A program made the position numbers and the translations under genes. The notes beneath the pieces are model-generated. The model was not told the origin of the DNA. It searched no databases and worked only from the letters and a program-made list of their open reading frames with translations. A DNA stretch of 64,000 bases, taken from assembly GCA_002499005.1 (NCBI GenBank), contig DAJU01000001.1:24541-88540 (forward strand), read 5' to 3'. Shown here piece after piece: positions 36,965 through 44,282 of the stretch. Within the stretch, counting starts at the first letter, position 1. Every line of letters starts with the position of its first letter. Origin of the DNA: Thaumarchaeota archaeon UBA164 (GTDB taxonomy: Archaea > Thermoproteota > Nitrososphaeria > Conexivisphaerales > UBA164).

Positions 36965-37454
36965 GGGAGTCAGCGCCGCCTTAGCAGCGTTTGCTTAGCG
37001 CGCAGAATATCAGGCATCAATGCCCTAGGTTTCACAACGTGTTTTCCTTTAAAAATTAAGCCTTGCTGCGTTACACAAGCTTGGCCAACTGGCATCTTTC
37101 ATGAGCTGCACATCAAATTAAGGGGAATGCGTAGCGAGAATCCACGGCTGGCTTGCATGGGCGCAACAAAAGGGTTGCCGGCGAAGTGCTTGCAAAGGCG
37201 TTCATGTACAACCAAGCGAAGGCTCAAAGGCATGGCTGAGCGGCAACAGGCCACTGCTCACGGCGCGCAGGTCACGACGCGACCAAATGGATTACAGTTG
37301 CGCAGCAAAACGCTTAAATTTAACGCCAGCCCACAAAAAGCTATGCCGTGCAAAAAACCAAAGGCCAAGAAATCTTCAGAAAAGGAATCCCAGTGAACGT
37401 TCCGCATGGTTCCACAAAGATCCTTATTTTTGTCTTTGATCTAGCCTTCAGCAA

Positions 37455-38357
37455 ATGAAGGCAATATATTCCGGTCTTATTGCGGCGTTGCTGATAGTTC
37501 TTCCAATTACAGCGGCTAACGCTTCAACGGTTACGGTAATGGCATACCCTACTCAGAACGTTTCAAACATAGTAATAAACGACACCGTGCTGGCGGTTAT
37601 CCACTACCCAAACGGCTCGTTTGTTGCACGGCAGGTTCAGGGCCGCAGCTATACCGTTTCTTATAGCGCATTTGCCTCAGGGCCGTCCAAGCCGCTCCTT
37701 GAACTGCAGGAGGCGCTAAGGAAGTACGATCCAAACATAAGCGTAATAAACGCAACAGTTACAATGACAGAGGCCCTGTCCTCAAATTCAACCACTGCCG
37801 TTTTCAGGCGGTCATCAGTTCTTTCAGTATGGGTAAGCGGGATATTTAACAGGACAGCTTCTGGCGTTGTGGGGGACTTTCGCTGGAAGGCTTTCAGGCT
37901 TGACAAGGCCCTTTACTTTAACTTTAACGGGCACGAGGAGGACATAAACTATTTTGGAGGGGACTTCATGGAGGGCATGGGGCTGCCTTTCTTTGGGGAC
38001 CTGGGGGAGATGATTCCTGAGGTTTCAACAATAAACTTCTCTGCCTTTAACACGCCTTTAAGCCAGTGGAGCAGGGTCTATGACGCGTCAAAGAACACAA
38101 CTTACTTCACAAAGTCAGCCCCAACCCAGGTGCTCTACTCAGCAAGCCTTACCATTAACGGGCAGACATTTTCTATAAGCATAACCTCAGATCCGTCATA
38201 CGTTATAGGCGTCCAGGGCTATGCAACTGCCCAGGGGAACGTAATAGTTGTTTCCCCAGCACCTTCAGCTCCATACACTGACTATGCGGCCGCTGCTGTT
38301 GCAGCTGTAGTAATAGTTGCGGCCGTCGCATATGTGGCTTACAGGAGACGGCGTTAA
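37455..38357 (+). CDS. surface glycoprotein-like protein with a C-terminal membrane anchor
   Basis: Has a signal-like N-terminus, 10 N-x-S/T sequons in 300 aa, and a C-terminal TM segment plus basic stop-transfer (AAAAVAAVVIVAAVAYVAYRRRR). Confidence 0.65.
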   Translation: MKAIYSGLIAALLIVLPITAANASTVTVMAYPTQNVSNIVINDTVLAVIHYPNGSFVARQVQGRSYTVSYSAFASGPSKPLLELQEALRKYDPNISVINATVTMTEALSSNSTTAVFRRSSVLSVWVSGIFNRTASGVVGDFRWKAFRLDKALYFNFNGHEEDINYFGGDFMEGMGLPFFGDLGEMIPEVSTINFSAFNTPLSQWSRVYDASKNTTYFTKSAPTQVLYSASLTINGQTFSISITSDPSYVIGVQGYATAQGNVIVVSPAPSAPYTDYAAAAVAAVVIVAAVAYVAYRRRR

Positions 38358-38410
38358 AAAATAAAAATAGACAGCAAGACTTTAATCGTCTGCTTTTTAT
38401 TTTTAAGCTC

Positions 38411-38746
38411 ATGAAAGTTAGGATACATGTTCATGCATTTGAAGAGAGAAATTCACTGCTTATATGGTTAAAGGGAAGGCCAATACTGGTTGTCAAGGAC
38501 GGGGAAAAGCTCTACGGAATGGATGCCGTGTGCGCCCATATGGGCTGCGCCCTTTTAACTGAGGTTAAAGGAACCACTGTAACCTGCCCTGCGCATGGGG
38601 CGAAGTACGACGTAAGGACAGGCGAACTTGTTGAGAAGGCGCACGTAAGGCCCGAGGTAATGTGCGAACAGGAAAACGTGGCGCTACCGCTCAAGACCTA
38701 CAGGGTGTCCGTTGGCGAGGACGGCCTTCTTAACGTTGAGCCCTGA
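38411..38746 (+). CDS. small Rieske [2Fe-2S] domain protein
   Basis: Contains the CAHMGC and CPAHGAKYD motifs (CxH...CxxH). 111 aa. Confidence 0.85.
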   Translation: MKVRIHVHAFEERNSLLIWLKGRPILVVKDGEKLYGMDAVCAHMGCALLTEVKGTTVTCPAHGAKYDVRTGELVEKAHVRPEVMCEQENVALPLKTYRVSVGEDGLLNVEP

Positions 38747-38812
38747 AGACACATCTTCAGGCAACTACGCCTTTAGCCTGCAAGCTGCTGGGTTCGCATG
38801 CAATTTTGATAT

Positions 38813-38837
38813 AAATACTTATATCCGATAAGTATAT
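38813..38837. promoter_or_regulatory. imperfect palindrome overlapping the promoter of the RHH-herA-nurA operon (candidate operator)
   Basis: The arms aaatacttat and ataagtatat are separated by atccg. They match at 9 of 10 inverted-repeat positions. The element ends 10 nt before the ATG at 38848. Confidence 0.35.
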
Positions 38838-38847
38838 TGTTGATTAT

Positions 38848-39255
38848 ATGTCAAGCGAAAGAAAGTATACGGGCATAGTTGTTTCCAAGGACATTTACGA
38901 ACGGCTCAGGACACAGGTTGAGAAGAAGTCATCAAAGCTAAGGGCAAGGATTTCAATATCAGACTATGTTGAAAGCCTGATAATAAATAAGATCGAAGAG
39001 GAGGAGCTTCTTTCGGAGGTCGGCCAGTTCCTTTCCTTTGCAGAAAGGAGCGGCGATAAGATATTTATAAATGACTGGGTAAGGGGCAGGATAGCCCCTG
39101 TAAGCCTTAAGGTGAACCCCGACGGGTCGTTCAAGCTTTTCTGCGAGTTTGACAACAGCGACAGCTGCGTGCACGTGGGCTACGCGTATTCTCTTCCAGA
39201 GCTTTACAGGATGCTCAAGGAAAAGGGCATAAAGGCTCAGCCGCAGACGCGCTGA
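38848..39255 (+). CDS. ribbon-helix-helix-like DNA-binding protein with an uncharacterised C-terminal domain
   Basis: The N-terminus YTGIVVSKDIYERLRTQVEKK...RISISDYVESLI shows a CopG/RHH beta-alpha-alpha pattern. I did not recognise the C-terminal 70 aa or so. Confidence 0.5.
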   Translation: MSSERKYTGIVVSKDIYERLRTQVEKKSSKLRARISISDYVESLIINKIEEEELLSEVGQFLSFAERSGDKIFINDWVRGRIAPVSLKVNPDGSFKLFCEFDNSDSCVHVGYAYSLPELYRMLKEKGIKAQPQTR

Positions 39256-39259
39256 AACG

Positions 39260-40714
39260 ATGATTGAAATAGGCAAAGTAGCTGATGGGGCAACTGAAAG
39301 CGGTTGCAGCGTTGTACTGTACAAGGACATGGAAAGGGAGGTCAGAGCGGAGGAACTGGTTATTATAAAGAATGGGGGTTATGATTCGCCAGGCGGGCTT
39401 GTGCTTGGCGTTCTGAGGAAGGGGCTTGGCAAAAACGAGTTCCTTAACCCATCTTCATATAAACCAGACCTCGCATACCTGAAGTACGGCGGGGAACCTT
39501 CCTCAGCAAGGGAGGTTTTTTCATTTTACGTTGCTGTAATAGGTGAGGTTGTAAAAAGGGGCGACAAAAGCGCTGTCACCGTAAACAGGAGAATAATAGC
39601 GCCAAGGTCTCCGGTTTACCTCTTTAACCAGGAGAACCCGCTTGAGCTTTACTTTTCAGGAAGGGAAGGGGTAAGGCCCCTCAGGGCCTTCCTTAAGGGC
39701 CATGAAGGGTGGGCGATGCCAGCAAACTCGAACTATATACCTTATCATGTGGGCGTTTATGGCACCACAGGCTCCGGGAAATCCTGGCTCGCCAGGCACG
39801 TGCTTATACCGTTTTATCACGATGCGGGCTACAGCACGATTGTGCTTGACTGGAGCGGGATGGATTACGCCCCTTATAGCCCCAATGAAGCGCTAAGGCT
39901 TTCTGAGATATCCCAGGATCCGGATTCAGTTCTTGAATACTTTAAGGAGCTGACCCATAACTTTTATGACAACAAAAACGTTGAGCTGGCATTTGAGGAC
40001 ATAGCCTTTGAATGGGGCAACATAGCAGGCAGGAACGCCGGCGAAGCGCATAACGCGGTTGAAAGAAGGCTTGAGGACTTTCCAAATCATTTTGAGATGA
40101 GGAGGGACGTTGCGGATGGGTACAGAAGCATCCTCCGGTTTATCCTGAGAAGGATAACGGTGGAGCGCCTCATGCCGCTTATGGGAAAGATTGGAATTGA
40201 CGAAGTCATAAGCAGGGCCTTTAAGGGGCAGGTAATAGTTGACATGGGGGACCTGCCTTCAGAGATAAAGCTTAGCTTCTTTCTTACGCTTGGCGGAAAG
40301 ATTTACGACATGATAAACAGAGGCGAATTTCAAAAAATGGCTATAATCATAGATGAAGCGCCGCAGTACGCTCCGTTTAAGCCAGATGGCATACAGGCCC
40401 AGACCACCGACATGATAAGGGATCTGGCGGCCCTTGGGAGAAAGCACAACCTTAACCTCACGTTGCTCTCTCAGGGGGTTGCGGGGGAAATAGGGATAAA
40501 CGCCGCCATAAGGAGGAACCTTAACACGAACTTTTACGGGAGACTTCACCCGCTTGATGTGTCCAGCGAGGGTGGCGCCTCCGGCTGGCTTTCCCCATAC
40601 GGGATAACACCTGAATACTTGATAAACCTAGACACCGGGAGCTTTTACTTTGCAGGGCTAATGAACCCCTCACCGGTTCCGCTTTTGATGGAGTTCAGGC
40701 CGACCAGCTCATGA
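39260..40714 (+). CDS. herA: HerA-like (FtsK/HerA superfamily, DUF87-type) ATPase
   Basis: Has a HAS-barrel-like N-terminus (IGKV...VRAEELVIIKN...LVLGVL), Walker A GVYGTTGSGKS, Walker B MAIIIDEAPQY and GRKHNLNLTLLSQG. 484 aa. Confidence 0.75.
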   Translation: MIEIGKVADGATESGCSVVLYKDMEREVRAEELVIIKNGGYDSPGGLVLGVLRKGLGKNEFLNPSSYKPDLAYLKYGGEPSSAREVFSFYVAVIGEVVKRGDKSAVTVNRRIIAPRSPVYLFNQENPLELYFSGREGVRPLRAFLKGHEGWAMPANSNYIPYHVGVYGTTGSGKSWLARHVLIPFYHDAGYSTIVLDWSGMDYAPYSPNEALRLSEISQDPDSVLEYFKELTHNFYDNKNVELAFEDIAFEWGNIAGRNAGEAHNAVERRLEDFPNHFEMRRDVADGYRSILRFILRRITVERLMPLMGKIGIDEVISRAFKGQVIVDMGDLPSEIKLSFFLTLGGKIYDMINRGEFQKMAIIIDEAPQYAPFKPDGIQAQTTDMIRDLAALGRKHNLNLTLLSQGVAGEIGINAAIRRNLNTNFYGRLHPLDVSSEGGASGWLSPYGITPEYLINLDTGSFYFAGLMNPSPVPLLMEFRPTSS

Positions 40715-41859
40715 GCGGGATAGAATGGCAAAAGCTTCCACCAGATCTGCAGTACAGGTTTCTTGCAGAGGCGTCAAACGAAGCAGCAAGGATATCAAAG
40801 GCGATGGATTCACTAAAAAGGCAGGTTGAAGAGGTAAAGGAGGAGATACGCCCTTACCTGAAGCGGATAACTGTAAACGACGACGTCTCTGTCGTGGGCG
40901 CCGTTGATGGGTCAAGGTCCATGACCCCCTCAATGAGGCTTGGTGCTGTATACAGCGTTGCTGCGGCTTATTTTCTATCCCTGAAGGGCAGGGAAAGGGC
41001 TGCTGAAGATGGCCTTGCAACTCAGCTTCGCTGGTCCGAGTCGGACAGCAGGCGCAGAAACATAGCCAGACTTGAGACGCTCATGACTCTGGCTGAGCGT
41101 ACGCTTGCCCTTGAAAAGCTTGGATCGGTAAACTACATGCTGATTGACGGAACCTTCTTTGGCTACCTGAGAAGCGCGGTAAGGGCTCAGGAGGAGGGGC
41201 TTATGGACAGGGAGCTTAAGGGCTGGATAGATGAAATATCCGAAAAGACAATGCGGCTGGTTGAAAGCAAAAGGGCTTTTGCCGTAATAAAGAGGTCTAG
41301 GACAAGGGCGCTTGTAGGCCACCTTTACAGGGCTGGGAGGGCCTCCGTGGCCGAGTTCAGGGGCGCAATAGACAAGTTGCTTTTAACGCTTGCGATGCCA
41401 GAGGGAAGCTACCTGAGATATGATCTGCTTGATAGCGACCATCCGGTGCTGCTGACGGTGTATGCAACAAGACATGAGAGAGGCGCAGACGATTACGCTA
41501 CAATAAAGGAAAACGCGGAAAGGCCTTACAAAAGCTTTTCAGTTCCCACGGATTACCTCTACAAAATTAAGCGCGTTCAGGTCAAGGCATACGAGAGCGC
41601 GCCTGCCTGTGAAATAGAGTACCTGGACGGTTCGTGGGAAAGCCTTGAAAGGCTTATTGGCTCCCGGGGCTTCTTTAACGAAGCCACGGGTCTTCCCCTG
41701 ATAAGCGACATGGTTGACAACCTGGTTACAATACCTCACGGTTTTATAGACGAATACGTTGATGAGGTTATGGCAAAGGCGCTTGAAAGCTCCGGCGGGG
41801 ACGAGCTGGACCTTTACAGGGCATTCTTCTTTTCCATGAACCCGCAGAAGCCCTACTGA
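40711..41859 (+). CDS. nurA: NurA-like nuclease
   Basis: Contains VVGAVDGS and YMLIDGTFFG, the conserved acidic motifs of the NurA domain. The start overlaps the herA stop (ATGA). 382 aa. Confidence 0.65.
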   Translation: MSGIEWQKLPPDLQYRFLAEASNEAARISKAMDSLKRQVEEVKEEIRPYLKRITVNDDVSVVGAVDGSRSMTPSMRLGAVYSVAAAYFLSLKGRERAAEDGLATQLRWSESDSRRRNIARLETLMTLAERTLALEKLGSVNYMLIDGTFFGYLRSAVRAQEEGLMDRELKGWIDEISEKTMRLVESKRAFAVIKRSRTRALVGHLYRAGRASVAEFRGAIDKLLLTLAMPEGSYLRYDLLDSDHPVLLTVYATRHERGADDYATIKENAERPYKSFSVPTDYLYKIKRVQVKAYESAPACEIEYLDGSWESLERLIGSRGFFNEATGLPLISDMVDNLVTIPHGFIDEYVDEVMAKALESSGGDELDLYRAFFFSMNPQKPY

Positions 41860-41860
41860 A

Positions 41861-42478
41861 ATGAGCGCAATAAGGGAACACACCGAAGTTCTTCTCGACA
41901 AACGGCTACTGGAAATACTCAGGCACATCAAGGAGGCAGGTCTTGACTATGGCCTCTCAATATCAAAGAGGCTTCACTTGAGGCTCTGTGATGTGATAGA
42001 GCTGCTCGATGAGCTTGAGGCACGGGGGCTGATCGAAAGGGGAGGCACTTCGTCCCTAAAGAACACTGAGGCAAAGATGAAGCTTAGCGATGAGGTTCAC
42101 AAACATCACACGTATTACAGGCTTACCCGAGAGGGCGAGCTTCTCGTAAGGGAGGCAAGGGACGATGAAGCCCTTGCGTCCGCATATACGGACGTCCTAA
42201 GGAAAAGGCCCTGTATCTTAGAGGCCCTTAAAGTTGCAGAAGCCGCTGGCATTGATCATGCGGGGACTTTCTCAAGGCTTATGCGGATAAGCGTTGAAGA
42301 GGCGGAGAGAAGGCTTGAGGAACTTGAAGGAATGGGGCTTGTGGAAAAGGTAAAGGAAAAAACAATCAAGTTTGGCGAAAGGAAGGCCAAACCAAAGAAG
42401 GAGACAAGAACGCACCACTTTTACTATCGTATAACTAGGCTTGGCGAGAGAGTTGTGCGCAGGCTTGAAAGGGCCTGA
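41861..42478 (+). CDS. tandem winged-helix (MarR/TrmB-like) DNA-binding protein
   Basis: Two wHTH repeats are present, each ending in a wing with HHTYYRLTREGE or HHFYYRITRLGE. The start lies 1 nt after the nurA stop. Confidence 0.6.
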   Translation: MSAIREHTEVLLDKRLLEILRHIKEAGLDYGLSISKRLHLRLCDVIELLDELEARGLIERGGTSSLKNTEAKMKLSDEVHKHHTYYRLTREGELLVREARDDEALASAYTDVLRKRPCILEALKVAEAAGIDHAGTFSRLMRISVEEAERRLEELEGMGLVEKVKEKTIKFGERKAKPKKETRTHHFYYRITRLGERVVRRLERA

Positions 42479-42516
42479 ACACAGCGGATTTATTTAAACG
42501 CGGCCAAACACCTGAT

Positions 42517-43392
42517 ATGGGGAAGGCTCTTGTAATAGGGGACCTCGCCTGGGACATTAAGGCTTATCTCAACGGCTACATTGCTCCGGGTAAAAACCTG
42601 CTGGTTAAAAGGCTTTCAATGACCCCAGGGGGCGTTGCAGGAAACATAGCCTGGTACATAAAGGAGCTGGGGCATGAAGTCGAAGTGGCAGGAATTGTTG
42701 GTGATGACCCGCTTGGCGAGCCTCTTGTAAATGACCTGAAAACCTCTGGCATAGGGACAGGGCTTATCAAGTTTGGTAGAGGCCAGACTGGCACGTTTAT
42801 AGTTGTTGTAGACGGCACAGGGGAAAGAACCATGATAGGGGAAAGGGGCATAAACAGGGAGCTAAACGTCAGCAGGGACATAATTTTGGGCGCAAGGCCA
42901 TCGTGGATTCACGTTTCTGGATACTCGCTTATGAACAGGTCAGGGCCCTCCCTGTTAAGGGAGGCGACGGCCGCCGCGCATGAGCTTGGCGTGCCCCTGT
43001 CGGTTGATCTCGAAGGCGTTTCCGAAAAAAGGAAAAGGATGTCGCTCGAGGGCGCATATGTGTTTTGTAATGAAGGACACTGCGGAGAAAGCCTTAGGGA
43101 GGGGGCAAGGGCGACGATAATAAAGGCCGGCAAAAGGGGTTGCTACCTTGAAGCGCTCGGCACAGTGGAGCAGTTTAACGCGATAAGCGTGAAGCCGGTG
43201 GACCTTACTGGAGCAGGCGATGCCTTTGATGCGGCATTTATCTCAGCTTTGCTTTACGGGCAAAGTGAAAAAGAGGCATGCAGGCTTGCAAATATGGTTG
43301 CTGGCTATAAGGCGTCAAAGAGAGGCACGAGGGTTAAAATCCCAGAATCCATCAGATCACTTTTTTCTAAGCCTCTTAACCACGTCCATTAG
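42517..43392 (+). CDS. PfkB-family carbohydrate/nucleoside kinase
   Basis: Contains GGVAGNIA, the C-terminal DLTGAGDAFDAAF motif and a ribokinase-like fold. 291 aa. Confidence 0.8.
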   Translation: MGKALVIGDLAWDIKAYLNGYIAPGKNLLVKRLSMTPGGVAGNIAWYIKELGHEVEVAGIVGDDPLGEPLVNDLKTSGIGTGLIKFGRGQTGTFIVVVDGTGERTMIGERGINRELNVSRDIILGARPSWIHVSGYSLMNRSGPSLLREATAAAHELGVPLSVDLEGVSEKRKRMSLEGAYVFCNEGHCGESLREGARATIIKAGKRGCYLEALGTVEQFNAISVKPVDLTGAGDAFDAAFISALLYGQSEKEACRLANMVAGYKASKRGTRVKIPESIRSLFSKPLNHVH

Positions 43393-44229
43393 CTGCCTTA
43401 CCCTTTCCGGGTCAACCGGGTTCTGCGTCACTCCATTGTACTTGAAGAAGGTGCCAACTATTGCGCCATCAGCAACTGACAGCAGCTTTTCGGCATTTGA
43501 GGCCGTAAGCCCGCTGCCTATCAGGACTGGCCTTTCAGGTGCCGCCCGTTTTACCCGGCTGACTAGGTCAACAGGGGTCTCCTCACCGGTCATTCTGCCT
43601 GTAACTATAAGCGCGTCTGCCATATAGTAGTCTGTCCACACAGCGTGCGTTTCCGGATCTATTCCAGGGAAAGTAACTGCGTGCTTCTTGTAAACGTCAG
43701 CAAAGATCCTTATGTTGTCCGCGTAAAGCCACTTGCGCATTCTCAGAACTTCGGAGGCGTTACCATGGTCAAGCTCCCCGGTGTCCCATAGGTAGGAGCC
43801 AGTAAGCAGGCAGTCCCTTATGAACTTGGCCCCGGCGGCTTTGGCTATTCCAAGCGCCACCCTTCCTCCGTTGTGAACAACAGTTATTCCTACCGGGACC
43901 TTGAACTCCTTTACCACTAGTCTGGCCGCGACCGCATGTGCCGTCATCTCCTCTGGGGGGACCTCCTTTGCAACAAAATAAGGCAGATCCCACATGTTTT
44001 CAACGATAAGGCCATCAACGCCGTTTTCCACAAGCGCCCTTGCATCGCTAAGCGCCTTCTCCTCTATAACGTCCATTGACCAGCCGTTGTATGCAGGCGA
44101 TCCCGGGAGCGGCAGCAGGTGAACCATCCCTATTATTGGCTTGTCAACTCCAAACATGTCAGAAAGGTTTCTTAGCCTTTTAGAGTAAAACTCCTTTGCC
44201 CATTCCTCCAAAAACCCGTCAGAACTCAT
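43357..44229 (-). CDS. BtpA/SgcQ-family TIM-barrel protein
   Basis: IIGMVHLLPLPGSPAY is the family signature. 290 aa. Confidence 0.75.
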   Translation of the reverse strand: MSSDGFLEEWAKEFYSKRLRNLSDMFGVDKPIIGMVHLLPLPGSPAYNGWSMDVIEEKALSDARALVENGVDGLIVENMWDLPYFVAKEVPPEEMTAHAVAARLVVKEFKVPVGITVVHNGGRVALGIAKAAGAKFIRDCLLTGSYLWDTGELDHGNASEVLRMRKWLYADNIRIFADVYKKHAVTFPGIDPETHAVWTDYYMADALIVTGRMTGEETPVDLVSRVKRAAPERPVLIGSGLTASNAEKLLSVADGAIVGTFFKYNGVTQNPVDPERVRQLMDVVKRLRKK

Positions 44230-44282
44230 TTGTTATCATTTGAAAAATTAAGTATTTAAAGGTAAGGCACTAAATTTAATGT

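Noticed and set aside
37127-37396. An 89-aa track ORF in the 36965..37454 gap.
   Set aside because: The sequence is low in complexity and Arg/Lys/Ala/Gln-rich, with no hydrophobic core and no recognisable domain. I judge it a chance open frame. The region is reported separately as unexplained non-coding DNA.
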